64,000 nt of DNA from an uncultured virus (IMG/VR IMGVR_UViG_3300020125_000260) (IMGVR_UViG_3300020125_000260); one strand, 5' to 3'. Positions 47,033 through 56,885 are shown, counted from the stretch's first letter. Numbers and translations: made by a program. Notes: a model not told the origin generated them from the letters alone.

Positions 47033-47434
47033 ATGAGCAAGGATAACTGCCTTCGTAATGTGGTCTGCTATTGTCCTCAATGTGGGCAAGAAATGGATGT
47101 TGTGTGTCATGAGAGCGACCGCGTTATGTGTCCATTAGATAAAGTTGAGATGGAACAACACTGGTGGAAACGCACTACCCGCGACAACACGCAGTGGTCG
47201 GAAGCTGACTCGATAGTGGTATTCAAGAAGCCGGACGGTACATTCTCCTACCCAGCAGTCAACACCAAGCCAACGCCCGATGGCTGCGAACGCATCGTCA
47301 TGCGCAGCCTCCGCGAGGTCGAACGCCACGAACGCGAGGCTGGAGTCCGCAGCGAAATCGCCCACTTCGACCGGGGCTCCGGCAACGGCTTCGACACAAG
47401 AGACTTGCCACGCCTCCCGTTCAGTGTGCGATGA
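47033..47434 (+). CDS. FmdB-like zinc-ribbon protein
   Basis: YCPQCGQEMD...CPLDKVEM; immediately upstream of portal. Confidence 0.6.
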   Translation: MSKDNCLRNVVCYCPQCGQEMDVVCHESDRVMCPLDKVEMEQHWWKRTTRDNTQWSEADSIVVFKKPDGTFSYPAVNTKPTPDGCERIVMRSLREVERHEREAGVRSEIAHFDRGSGNGFDTRDLPRLPFSVR

Positions 47435-47443
47435 TAACTCGCG

Positions 47444-49390
47444 ATGGCTGACATCCCCGCGAAGGACACATCGTTCAAGCAATTCAAAGAATGGGCAGAA
47501 CTCGCCATCGAGGAAGCCGACGCATTCCTTCACACACAAGAAGGCTATGACAAGTTCGAGGAGTCCATCGACGCCATCAATGGCGAACTCAAGAACGACC
47601 TCGCGCAAGGCGTCTTCGGCGGCGTGACCTACAACCACTTCGGCAAGGTCGCGCTCGACATGGTGGCTGCACAGTGCGACATCAAACCGTTCTGGGACTA
47701 TCGCACGTTCAATCCCAAGTTCCAGCCTCAAGCTCAGCTCGCCAACAAGCTGGCCTCCGCCTGGTGGATGGGCCGGCACGTCACCCTGCGCTTCGCGGAC
47801 GTGATCAAATTCGCCCTGCCAATGGGCACGGGTTATGCCCACCAGGTCTATGATCCCTACCAGAACGGCTTCAGCGGCGGCTATCAGGGTGGCGACATGG
47901 AACTCCTACCCGAGGACCCACGGGACGTGCTTCCCATCCGTCCAGGATCGTTCCTCTCGATCCAGGAATCCGCTGGCGTGATGATCCGCCGGGAACGCTC
48001 GGTCAACTGGATACGCGCCAAGTTCGGCGACGCAGCCTCCGAGGTGAAGCCCGACCGCGAGGGTTCGGTCGCGCAGCTGAACAAGAACACCCGCTATGGT
48101 CGCCTGATGACATCGCTCGGCTTGCAATCCGGGTTCATGGAGAACCTGATCTCCTCCATCGCCGGGCGCACGCAAGCCAGGCCGATGAAAATCCCATCCG
48201 CCGATCTATTCACCCTGTATATTAACGACCCCACCATCAACACCCAGCGATCCGGTACCTGGATGGGCCTGCACGACGGCAAGCTCACCAACTGGAGCTA
48301 CTACGTCCCGGCGGTGGGGGAACTCATCCCCGCCACGGGTCGCGCGGCGAAGGATGACGACTGCAAGCTCTACCCGCGCAAACGCTGCGTGATCTTCACT
48401 CGCTCGGCGCGAATCTACGACGACACCTCAATCTACTGGCACGGCATGTTCCCGCTGGCGAAGCTGACCCTCGACCCGTGGCCGTGGCTCTGGCTGGGCA
48501 AGGCACCGCTCAAGGATCTGTTGCCCTTGCACAAGGAGATGCAGAAGGTGATGCGGGTGTTCTCCCGCCATCTCGACCGGATCAAGCGTCCGGGGATGGC
48601 AGCGGATAAGAACGCGATCTCCGAGAAGGGATTCGCCAAGATCGACCCCGAGATGCCGGGGCTTAAGCTGCGCTCTAACCCAGTGAACGGCAAACCCGTG
48701 GAGATGATCTACGATCCCGCGCTCGATCCGTGGGTGCAGTGGTACCTCGGCGCGCTGAAGGACGCGCAGAAGGAACTCGCGGGTACCAGCTCCGCCGCCG
48801 ACATCATGGCCCTGAACCAGCTCCCGCAGATGGACACGCTGGAGGCGATCATCGCCGCCGAGGGAGCTATCAACCGGCTGCGGTCGCTGGTCATCGAGGC
48901 GTTTATGTCGGAGTTCTCGATGATGCTGCTGATGAATTTCTTTCAGTTCTACACGAAGGAGCAGCGTATCGCTATCCTCGGGCCGCAGGGTCAGACGTTC
49001 GAGGATTTCGACTACGACCCCGGGAATCTGATCCCGCACGACATTATCGACGCGATGCCGGACGGCAGCCCGGCACCGCGAGCCGAGCGCGCGAGGGAGT
49101 TCTTCAAATATTTCACCTACCAGATTGCGCCGGGATCGCTGCTGAACTCCGCCAGCCAGAGCGAGAAGATGCTCTACATGGCCCTCGCTCGCGCCGGGGT
49201 GATTGACATCGCTACGCTGCTAGAAAAGCTCAATGTCCCGAACGTGGGGCTGCCGCCAGATTACCCGACTGGAATCCTCGCACGGCTACAGAAGCAGCAG
49301 GAGCTTGGCATCGGCATGGCAGTATCGCCGCAGGGGCGCAAAGCCTCGGGACAGGAAGCCCCCCGCATGGTGATGAAGGAGAGCGGATGA
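47444..49390 (+). CDS. Portal protein
   Basis: 648 aa between terminase and scaffold/capsid; P22-like features (TYNHF, GTGY, YWHGMFP, DLLPLHKE). Confidence 0.8.
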   Translation: MADIPAKDTSFKQFKEWAELAIEEADAFLHTQEGYDKFEESIDAINGELKNDLAQGVFGGVTYNHFGKVALDMVAAQCDIKPFWDYRTFNPKFQPQAQLANKLASAWWMGRHVTLRFADVIKFALPMGTGYAHQVYDPYQNGFSGGYQGGDMELLPEDPRDVLPIRPGSFLSIQESAGVMIRRERSVNWIRAKFGDAASEVKPDREGSVAQLNKNTRYGRLMTSLGLQSGFMENLISSIAGRTQARPMKIPSADLFTLYINDPTINTQRSGTWMGLHDGKLTNWSYYVPAVGELIPATGRAAKDDDCKLYPRKRCVIFTRSARIYDDTSIYWHGMFPLAKLTLDPWPWLWLGKAPLKDLLPLHKEMQKVMRVFSRHLDRIKRPGMAADKNAISEKGFAKIDPEMPGLKLRSNPVNGKPVEMIYDPALDPWVQWYLGALKDAQKELAGTSSAADIMALNQLPQMDTLEAIIAAEGAINRLRSLVIEAFMSEFSMMLLMNFFQFYTKEQRIAILGPQGQTFEDFDYDPGNLIPHDIIDAMPDGSPAPRAERAREFFKYFTYQIAPGSLLNSASQSEKMLYMALARAGVIDIATLLEKLNVPNVGLPPDYPTGILARLQKQQELGIGMAVSPQGRKASGQEAPRMVMKESG

Positions 49391-49674
49391 TCTACACCGG
49401 CAAGAAACTCACAACTCCTGGCACCGCCGTGGCACTCGGCGGCCAAGTCCGGGCCTCATGGGTCGTCATCCAGTGGCCAGCGGGTGCCACGGGTAACCTC
49501 TACATCGGTGGCCCGACTTCCACTGCGCCGTTTTCTGCCAACTGTCCAGCAATCACTGCTGGTAACAGCGTCACCCTCCCGGCGATGGGCGTGACCCTCC
49601 CCTACTCGCTGGATAAAATCCTGATCGACTCCGACAACGCGGGAACCGCCGTGTTCCTCTACGGGAAGGCATAG
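49387..49674 (+). CDS. Small beta-rich virion-associated protein (paralog of 50237-50560)
   Basis: WVVIQ..GNLYIGG..GNSVTLPAMG..YSL..LYG. Confidence 0.55.
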   Translation: MIYTGKKLTTPGTAVALGGQVRASWVVIQWPAGATGNLYIGGPTSTAPFSANCPAITAGNSVTLPAMGVTLPYSLDKILIDSDNAGTAVFLYGKA

Positions 49675-49676
49675 CC

Positions 49677-50225
49677 ATGGGCATCGGCGCAGGCGCGCTC
49701 ATCACAGTATCGACCGGGGGCGGTGGCTCCTCCACTCCGAACACGATGGCGTTTCCGTGGGGCGGGATGGTAGGGGCGGTCGCTGCCACTGCGTTATCTG
49801 CGGCGAACAAAATACAGATTAGCGGCTTCTATCTACCTAACTCAGTCACGGTCAACAATATCGTAGTTTCCATCAACACTCCCGACGCAGCGAACAACTA
49901 TGACTGGGGCGTTTACGATTCCACCGGCGCACTGAAAGTCCATGTCGGTGCACATGTAGTCCCTGCCTCGGGAGTAGTTGACCTTCCAGTTCTGGCATCG
50001 GCCACACTCGCTGCCGGGAAATACTACTTCGCTTATACCGGTAACGCCACGGTCGCACTAATTACTGCGGCACCGAACAATGTCTCCACCAAGGAAGTAA
50101 CCTTCTTGGCGTTGGTGGAATCCGCGACTGCATCCGCTGGTGGCGCGCTACCGGCCACGATCACAATCCCAGCCGACACTTGGGCGGCAGCCTCCGCGTC
50201 AGTCCACGGCTTCGTGCTTCACTAG
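49677..50225 (+). CDS. Beta-sandwich virion-associated protein
   Basis: WGVYDSTG, LAAGKYYFA; Thr/Ala-rich. Confidence 0.5.
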   Translation: MGIGAGALITVSTGGGGSSTPNTMAFPWGGMVGAVAATALSAANKIQISGFYLPNSVTVNNIVVSINTPDAANNYDWGVYDSTGALKVHVGAHVVPASGVVDLPVLASATLAAGKYYFAYTGNATVALITAAPNNVSTKEVTFLALVESATASAGGALPATITIPADTWAAASASVHGFVLH

Positions 50226-50236
50226 AGAGGGGAGTC

Positions 50237-50560
50237 ATGAGCATAATTCGTAATTTCTCTATCACGGGTACTGCAAATACCGCTGTTGCGCTCAAAGACC
50301 CAGTGAACGCGCAGGCCAACCGCACTCCCGCTGCATGGGCCGTGATCCAAGCCGCCAAGGGCAACACTGGCAGCGTCTACGTCGGCGGCACTCCAGCTCC
50401 CACCAATGGCACGACCACGACTAACACGGTGGAGTTGGCTAAGGGGGACTCGCTAACCCTCCCTGCTATGGGCATCGCTGATTCCTATGACCTCTCAACC
50501 GTGTTCATGAACGTCGATACCAACGGCGACAAGGTGCGCGTCGTCTATGGGAGGGCGTGA
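50237..50560 (+). CDS. Small beta-rich virion-associated protein (paralog of 49387-49674)
   Basis: WAVIQ..GSVYVGG..GDSLTLPAMG..YDL..VYG; GGAG RBS. Confidence 0.55.
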   Translation: MSIIRNFSITGTANTAVALKDPVNAQANRTPAAWAVIQAAKGNTGSVYVGGTPAPTNGTTTTNTVELAKGDSLTLPAMGIADSYDLSTVFMNVDTNGDKVRVVYGRA

Positions 50561-51009
50561 TGGGCAGCTACATCGACACAGCGGCAACCACTACCATCAA
50601 CAATACACAGGTCACGGCGGCGGGAATGGCAGCCAACAGCGGAATGGTCAGCTACACCGCCGGGCCACTGGACGGAACCACGCTGAACGCGACGCTGAAC
50701 ATCTTCACCACCAGCAACGGGCTGAACTTCTATCCCACGCATCTGATTGTCACCGCAACCGCCACCTCCGGAGCGTTCATCAGCGCGGCATCTATCTCCC
50801 TCGGTGCTGGAGGCTCAACCTCCAACCTGCTGGCCGCGACTCCGCTTGTAGGAGTCAATGCCGCTGGGCTGTATCTCGTGATTCCACTGCCGCTGGTGGC
50901 TACCCGCGTGGCCAATGGAGCGACCATAACCGCCAAGATCACCACCGCCGTGGTGGGACTCACTCAGCTATCACTCCAGGTGACGGTCGTGGGATTCTAT
51001 GCGGCGTGA
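50557..51009 (+). CDS. Thr/Ala-rich beta protein (possible capsid decoration)
   Basis: Jelly-roll-like alternation, coupled. Confidence 0.5.
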   Translation: MMGSYIDTAATTTINNTQVTAAGMAANSGMVSYTAGPLDGTTLNATLNIFTTSNGLNFYPTHLIVTATATSGAFISAASISLGAGGSTSNLLAATPLVGVNAAGLYLVIPLPLVATRVANGATITAKITTAVVGLTQLSLQVTVVGFYAA

Positions 51010-51060
51010 TTCGATGAATCATTGACACAGCCATCCCGCGCGTGGTTCCCTGTACACGAG

Positions 51061-51228
51061 ATGGCAAAGTATCCACCGAAGGCGGCAATCGAGCGCGCGG
51101 GACACGAGATGAAGGTCAATCCGCCGAAGCAACTGGCGAAGACCGCCAAGAAATTCGGGGCCGCCGATGCTAAGAAGCAGCGAGTGGCGATCATGTTGAG
51201 CAAGGCACGTAAATCATCAGGAGGATAA
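51061..51228 (+). CDS. Small basic protein
   Basis: KKQRVAIMLSKARK motif common in phage head regions. Confidence 0.5.
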   Translation: MAKYPPKAAIERAGHEMKVNPPKQLAKTAKKFGAADAKKQRVAIMLSKARKSSGG

Positions 51229-51233
51229 CTCAG

Positions 51234-51380
51234 ATGGCATTCGGCAAAGGTGGCAAGGGCGGAGGCAAGAAATTCGGCAAGTCTGGCGGCTCAATGGGTG
51301 GCAAGGGCCTCAGCAAGGCCGGCGGGATGATCGCAACCGGGTCGAACGTGAAGGCGCTTGGCTCGAAGAAAGCTGGCTGA
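51234..51380 (+). CDS. 48-aa Gly/Lys-rich basic peptide (not in ORF track)
   Basis: GGAGGA RBS; MAFGKGGKGGGKKFGKSGGSMGGKG...; TGATG overlap with next gene. Confidence 0.6.
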   Translation: MAFGKGGKGGGKKFGKSGGSMGGKGLSKAGGMIATGSNVKALGSKKAG

Positions 51381-51712
51381 TGGCATCTCCACTGACAGGC
51401 CCGCCCCCGCAACCGACTCCGGTCGGCCAGCCGGGCAGTGCATCGCAACCGCCGCCGGGAGTCAATCCCTCCGCCGCGGGAGGCGATCAATCCCTCCAGC
51501 TGGTGACGCAGCACCTGATGGAGGCGGAGCAGGCCCTCCAGGCCGCAGCCAAGATCAAGCCGGAACTATCCGCGATCGTGGACAAGTTCGTGAACGAAGT
51601 GAAGCCCCAGGCCGGACAGATCCTGTTCGGCGCTGGACAACAGCCACAGATGCAGCCCCAGCCATCGCTCCAAGGCTTAGTTGCGGGCGGAGCGCAAGGG
51701 ATGGGCCAGTGA
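51380..51712 (+). CDS. Pro/Gln-rich hypothetical head-region protein
   Basis: Coupled ORF before scaffold. Confidence 0.55.
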   Translation: MASPLTGPPPQPTPVGQPGSASQPPPGVNPSAAGGDQSLQLVTQHLMEAEQALQAAAKIKPELSAIVDKFVNEVKPQAGQILFGAGQQPQMQPQPSLQGLVAGGAQGMGQ

Positions 51713-51800
51713 CCACCATCAGCCACATAACCCCTCAATCTCGCGAGGAGCGACCTCGGACTAACCCTCCGACAGCGCAGAAGGCGACAAGGAGAACACC

Positions 51801-52571
51801 GTGGGACTGAACGAAGATGTAGCAGCATATGCGCAGGAGCTGGCGGACGCAGCCGGGATCACCGATGCGACCGCACGCGAGGCGTTCATCAAAAACGACA
51901 AGGTACAAGCCAAGGTCAGGACTTCGCTCGAAGCCGTTAGTCGCGAGAAGGGCCGGGCCGAGGCGGAGTTCAAAAAGCGGCAGGAGGAGTATGCCGCCAA
52001 CCTGAAGATCGCCGAGTCTAACGCGGCAGTGGTTACCGCAGCCGAGGCCAAGGTGAAAGCCTATGTGGAGAAGTTCGGAGAACTCCCAGGTGGGGGTGAT
52101 CCTAACAATCCAACCGCAGCCCGTGCCGCCGTGGCCGACGCCATCGACAAGAAGACCTTCGACGAGCGGTTCAAATCCACCGAGGCTAACACCATCGGAC
52201 TAGTGAAGATCGCCAGCAAGATCACGGCGACACACCTGAAGGACTTCAACGAGGTTCCGGACTTCGATGCGATTGAGAAGATCGCCACCGAACAGGGACT
52301 TTCAGCTGACAAGGCCTATCAGGAGTATCGCAAGCCAAAAGACGAGGAACGCGCCAAGGCCCGGCAGACTGAGGAGTTGAAGAAGGCTCGCGAGGAAGGC
52401 GAGATGGAAGGCCGCTCCAAGGTCGCCGCCGCAGTGATCTCCGACCCGGAGCGTAGTTCTCCATTCATGCAGAACCTGCGCAAGTCCGGCGAGGTCAAAG
52501 AAGGCCCGCGTGACTCGTTTGTGAAAGGCTGGCGCGAGGCCGCACAGCCCAAGGGTGGCGGAGCAGCGTAA
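51801..52571 (+). CDS. Capsid scaffolding protein
   Basis: Charged coiled-coil protein directly upstream of the capsid gene; AAGGAG RBS. Confidence 0.65.
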   Translation: MGLNEDVAAYAQELADAAGITDATAREAFIKNDKVQAKVRTSLEAVSREKGRAEAEFKKRQEEYAANLKIAESNAAVVTAAEAKVKAYVEKFGELPGGGDPNNPTAARAAVADAIDKKTFDERFKSTEANTIGLVKIASKITATHLKDFNEVPDFDAIEKIATEQGLSADKAYQEYRKPKDEERAKARQTEELKKAREEGEMEGRSKVAAAVISDPERSSPFMQNLRKSGEVKEGPRDSFVKGWREAAQPKGGGAA

Positions 52572-52619
52572 GGCACGAGCCGCGCTTCCATCATCCCAGC
52601 AATACCCCGGTGAACTACC

Positions 52620-53723
52620 GTGGCAGAACTCGATCAGATAAATCTCAGCACCCGACGCTACATTCGGGACAACCCCAAGCTGGTAGACAACGTATTTCAG
52701 AACGACCCTCTGCTGGCCTACCTCAAGCTCAACCTGCGCCAAGACTGGGACGGCGGCTCTCTTATTCAGGAGAACTTCGTCTACCGTAACCTGATCGGAG
52801 GCGGCTACCAGAAGGGTAAGACCTTCGATGGCTCCGAGCGTCAGGTCGAGCAGGGCTTTCAGATCATCCCCAAGACCTTCCAGGTGGGCGTGACCCTCGC
52901 CAAAGAGGACATCCAAGTCTTCAACCGTGGCGAACTCGCAGCCTTCAAGCTGGTGGACTCTCGCATGACCACTGCCTACATGACCATGGGCGCATTCCTG
53001 GCCATCGGGCAGTACCTCAACGGGCAGGCGAACTTTATCGCCAACCTCAACGGCCTAGCGGAAATCTGCTCCGACGGCACCAACAATGGCTTCGACGGCG
53101 CCACCTACCTGACCTACGGAGGCATCACCCGCGGCGGCCAGACGCTCAATGCGCTAAAGTCCCCGCCGATTAATGTCAACGGGACCATCGAGTACAATGT
53201 GCTGGAGGAATCCTATGGCAACACTTCCTTCGGCAACATCGAGGCTAATCTCGGGGTGACCACTGTTCTCGGTTACTCCTTCATCAAGGAGAAGTTCCAG
53301 ACCCAGCAGCGGTTCAACGACACCCAAGACCCAGCCATCGGATTCAACGGGCTGAAGTTCAACTCCGCGACGCTGATCAAGTCCCGCTACTGCCCTGGCA
53401 CTGGCTCGGGCGGTTCCGCATCCGCCGACGGGATCGCTACCGCCGGCACCGACGCCAACCTCGTGGCCGTGGACTTCCTTCAGCAGACCACCAACGGACT
53501 GGTGAACGCATATCCCACCGTGACCGGCGAGACGCTGTTCTGGGTTCAGGCGCGTGAGCCGTTCCTGAACTTCTACGTGTCCACCGACGCGGAGTATGGC
53601 TTCGGCTTCACCGGATTCAAGCCACATCAGCTCAATACATCGCTCGTCGGGCAGGTGCTATTTGCCGGGAACCTGACCGGGCATCCGCGCTATCAGAAAC
53701 AGTTATTCGGCATCACCGGATAG
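52620..53723 (+). CDS. Major capsid protein
   Basis: 367 aa after scaffold; LVDNVFQNDPLLAYL, GG..I, YLNG, NGLA, GFNGLKFN; strong codon bias. Confidence 0.82.
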   Translation: MAELDQINLSTRRYIRDNPKLVDNVFQNDPLLAYLKLNLRQDWDGGSLIQENFVYRNLIGGGYQKGKTFDGSERQVEQGFQIIPKTFQVGVTLAKEDIQVFNRGELAAFKLVDSRMTTAYMTMGAFLAIGQYLNGQANFIANLNGLAEICSDGTNNGFDGATYLTYGGITRGGQTLNALKSPPINVNGTIEYNVLEESYGNTSFGNIEANLGVTTVLGYSFIKEKFQTQQRFNDTQDPAIGFNGLKFNSATLIKSRYCPGTGSGGSASADGIATAGTDANLVAVDFLQQTTNGLVNAYPTVTGETLFWVQAREPFLNFYVSTDAEYGFGFTGFKPHQLNTSLVGQVLFAGNLTGHPRYQKQLFGITG

Positions 53724-53791
53724 CCAACCGCCTTCTCGAAGGCAAGCACGACTGAGGCCCGGCGGGGCAGTAAACACGCAGAGGAGGCAAC

Positions 53792-54394
53792 ATGGCAAAC
53801 ATCAGGGTCATTCAATCGCCCTACATCGGGCCGTTCGCCAATATTGAAGCTGTCGTGGAGCCATCCACTGGCTCGGGCGTGGGCATCCACGTCGGGGAAC
53901 TCGGTGGCCGCGTGGAACTCACACAGACCGGCGCGGGCACCAAGGAATACCAGAAAGTGCAGCTCGACTCCGGCGCAGTGGCAGCTACCGCGGCTGGCGC
54001 ACCGACCACCAACCAGCTACTCTACTGGAAAAATAAGCAGACCTATACCGTGACCAACGACTCCCGCTTCGCTATCGGTGGCCAGACCACGCACGGCTGG
54101 CGCAACGAAGTCGCGGGCGTGCTCGTCCAACCGCAGGCCGCACTCACCGCCCAGATTGGCCTCGCGCCGTATATCTGGATTCAACAGAAGGGCAACTGTG
54201 CGGCGGTGAAAATCGCTTCCGGTTCCCCGAACCCTGGTGACACGCTCATCTCCGACACCTCAGCCACTGCCGCCGAGGGCCTGATTGCCACGGCCTCGAC
54301 CGCACCGGTTGTCCTGCCGCTGGGCCGGTTCACCACCGTGGGCACGACCGTCACCGTAGCTCCAGTCGATCTGGACATCCCCGGAATCCCGTAG
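53792..54394 (+). CDS. Capsid decoration/cement protein
   Basis: Directly after MCP; YQKVQ, VAGV, YIWIQQKG; strong RBS. Confidence 0.6.
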   Translation: MANIRVIQSPYIGPFANIEAVVEPSTGSGVGIHVGELGGRVELTQTGAGTKEYQKVQLDSGAVAATAAGAPTTNQLLYWKNKQTYTVTNDSRFAIGGQTTHGWRNEVAGVLVQPQAALTAQIGLAPYIWIQQKGNCAAVKIASGSPNPGDTLISDTSATAAEGLIATASTAPVVLPLGRFTTVGTTVTVAPVDLDIPGIP

Positions 54395-54406
54395 AGAGGA
54401 GGCACC

Positions 54407-54673
54407 ATGGCAGCAGTCACAGTAGTACGTCAACGCACGGTTGTCTTCGGCGACCGCAAGGTGAAGCTCCTGAACATTAACATCGCCAACACGGGAGATT
54501 CCTATGCGACCGCCAACTTCGCGCATTCGATTGACGCCGCGCTGGCCGATGCTTCCGGTACCACGGTGGTGAACACGCAGATCACCACCGCTGGAGGTCC
54601 TGGCCCGGTGGTGTTCAACTACGCCGGTGGCGGTGCGCAGAACAACGTCGATGTGATGATCATCGGAAGGTGA
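54407..54673 (+). CDS. Small structural protein
   Basis: GGAGG RBS, beta-rich. Confidence 0.55.
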   Translation: MAAVTVVRQRTVVFGDRKVKLLNINIANTGDSYATANFAHSIDAALADASGTTVVNTQITTAGGPGPVVFNYAGGGAQNNVDVMIIGR

Positions 54674-54676
54674 CCC

Positions 54677-55630
54677 ATCGCACTCGACACATATGACCGC
54701 ATAGTTGATGCCCTCCTGCTCAGGTGCCCCCTGGCAGGAGGGCAGCTCGCTGAGCAGTTCATCAACTATGCCTTCCGCGACCTGATCGAGAAGCGCAAGT
54801 GGTCGTGGTCGATCTCGCAGTCGCAGTTCATCTTTCCTGCGGCGGTCACCGCTGGCACCGTAACTGTCACCAACCAGTCGAATGCGGTCGTGGGCATTGG
54901 CACCGCGTGGAACGCCACAATGATTGGCCAGCAGTTCCGCACCTCCACGCTGACTCCGATCTACACGATTACCGCAGTGGGCAGTGCAACCACGCTCACG
55001 CTGGATCAGCCGTGGGGAGCGGCATCCGCCAGCGGGCAGGGATATAAGATTTACATCGCGTACCAGATCCCACCACTCGACTTCCATGCCTTCGTGTCTA
55101 TCTGGGACCCGAACTTCAGTTGGTCACTCTGGAGTACGGTCTCACAGGCGGAACTAAACACCTACGACGCCCAGCGAGCGTCGCAGGGAACTCCCTACGT
55201 GGTAGCGGACTTCGACTATACCTCCCTTGCGTTCGGCGGGGCTACCATCACTCCCGCGCTGCCACGGTTCGAGGTCTGGCCGCACCAACAAGCTGCATAC
55301 GTAATCCCGTTCATGTATGAGCGCCGCTTCCCCGATCTGAACGACGCGACCGGGCAGCTCCCACGGTTCATCCCCGGCAATGTCCTGCTGGAGGGCGGCC
55401 TTGCAGCCTGCGCGCGCTGGCCGGGGCCGGACGCCGATCACCGCAATCCCTACTTCGGATTGACCTTGGCAGGGATGCATCAGGAGCGTTACGATAAGGC
55501 CGTGCGGGAGCTGGAGCGGAACGATGATGAAGTTTATGGGCGGGATGTGAATTACGGCATCCAAGACCTGCCGTTCTGTCCGTATCCTTTCCCAGTGAAC
55601 GCTAGCTACTTGCAACTACACGCAATCTAG
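54677..55630 (+). CDS. Head-tail adaptor-like protein with inserted beta domain; non-canonical ATC start inferred
   Basis: Frame open from 54674: ALDTYDRIVDALLLRCP...FINYAFRDLIEKRKWSW; GTPY, FEVWP adaptor-like motifs. Confidence 0.6.
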   Translation: MALDTYDRIVDALLLRCPLAGGQLAEQFINYAFRDLIEKRKWSWSISQSQFIFPAAVTAGTVTVTNQSNAVVGIGTAWNATMIGQQFRTSTLTPIYTITAVGSATTLTLDQPWGAASASGQGYKIYIAYQIPPLDFHAFVSIWDPNFSWSLWSTVSQAELNTYDAQRASQGTPYVVADFDYTSLAFGGATITPALPRFEVWPHQQAAYVIPFMYERRFPDLNDATGQLPRFIPGNVLLEGGLAACARWPGPDADHRNPYFGLTLAGMHQERYDKAVRELERNDDEVYGRDVNYGIQDLPFCPYPFPVNASYLQLHAI

Positions 55631-55638
55631 GAGGAACC

Positions 55639-55833
55639 ATGAGCAAGATGATCAAGACCGGAGTCAGCGATTATGGCATGAAGCCATCATGTGAGCCCTC
55701 AGGCAACGTTGTCACGGATGGAAAGATGACTACAGTCCCGGTGCCTTCGCGCACATCGGGGGCAAACTCCATCCCCGAGGTAACGCTCGATCAATCGGCA
55801 GGGCTGCCGAGCCGGAGCGGTGGCGGCAAGTGA
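55639..55833 (+). CDS. Small hypothetical protein
   Basis: GGAGG RBS. Confidence 0.5.
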   Translation: MSKMIKTGVSDYGMKPSCEPSGNVVTDGKMTTVPVPSRTSGANSIPEVTLDQSAGLPSRSGGGK

Positions 55834-56882
55834 GCCGCGACACCGTATTAATCACTGGAGGTGCCGGTTTTGGAGGCTCTCATATATGCCAGCACATCCT
55901 CGACAATACCGACTGGGACGTGGTGGTTCTGGACCGCATCACCTACGCCGGCTCGCTCGAACGCCTGGTGGATGTCCGACGCGACTATCCAGACCGGCTG
56001 CGATTCGTATATCACGACTTTCGCAGTCAGTATCCCCCGAGCGTCCTGCACGCGCTACGGGGGGTACGCTATGTCATCCACAACGGCGCGGAGACGCACG
56101 TAGCGCGGTCGCTGGAGTCGCCAGCCGTGTTCGTCGAGTCCAACGTCCTTGGCACGATGCACACGCTGAACGCAGCCCGCGTGCTGGGAATCGATCACTT
56201 TATCTACGTCTCCACCGACGAGGTGCTGGGCGCCGCTCCCGAGGGCGTGGACTACGATGAACTAGCGCAAGTGCAGCCGTCGAATCCCTATGCTGCGTCA
56301 AAGGCTGGCGGCGAGGCCCTGGCGTTCAGCTACTGGAAGGCGTTCAAGCTGCCGGTGACGATCACTCGCACGATGAACCTCTTCGGCGAGCGTCAGCACC
56401 CGGAGAAGTTCGTTCCGATGACGATGCGGAAGCTAATGGCTGCGGAGCCGTTGACGATTCACGGCGATGCGACCGGTCGCAGCGGCGCGAGGAAATGGCT
56501 GCATGCGAGGAACCAGGCGAGCGCGTTGCTGTTCCTTCTGCGCGAATGGGACTTGGTAAGCGGCCCCAAGAATGGTCCGCGTCCATTTGGAAAGACCTTC
56601 CACATCGCAGGCGAGGAGCACACCAACCTTGAAATCGCGGAGCTGATCGCTGACGAGCTAAAGACCGACTTCGCCTATGAGATCGTCGATTTCACTCTCG
56701 CTCGTCCGGGGCACGACTTCCGCTATAGCCTTGACGATTCCAAGCTCCGTTCCCTCGGCTGGTTCCCTCCCGTGCCGTTCGAGGAATCGCTCCGTCGCAC
56801 GGTGGCATGGTCGGCCCGCGCAGAGAACCGCTACTGGCTGGAGGAGTCGCACGTCCCAGTAGCTACCCTGGCAGGAGGCTAA
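55830..56882 (+). CDS. rmlB: dTDP-glucose 4,6-dehydratase-like
   Basis: TGGAGFGGSH, DRITYAG, AETHV.RS, YVSTDEV, PSNPYAASK, GERQHPEKFVP, RPGHDFRY. Confidence 0.88.
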   Translation: MSRDTVLITGGAGFGGSHICQHILDNTDWDVVVLDRITYAGSLERLVDVRRDYPDRLRFVYHDFRSQYPPSVLHALRGVRYVIHNGAETHVARSLESPAVFVESNVLGTMHTLNAARVLGIDHFIYVSTDEVLGAAPEGVDYDELAQVQPSNPYAASKAGGEALAFSYWKAFKLPVTITRTMNLFGERQHPEKFVPMTMRKLMAAEPLTIHGDATGRSGARKWLHARNQASALLFLLREWDLVSGPKNGPRPFGKTFHIAGEEHTNLEIAELIADELKTDFAYEIVDFTLARPGHDFRYSLDDSKLRSLGWFPPVPFEESLRRTVAWSARAENRYWLEESHVPVATLAGG

Positions 56883-56885
56883 CCC

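Noticed and set aside
46084..47040. 318-aa minus-strand ORF and similar long antisense ORFs (2385-3203, 17993-18820, 54260-55087)
   Set aside because: Antisense shadows of well-supported genes in GC-rich DNA, with no motifs
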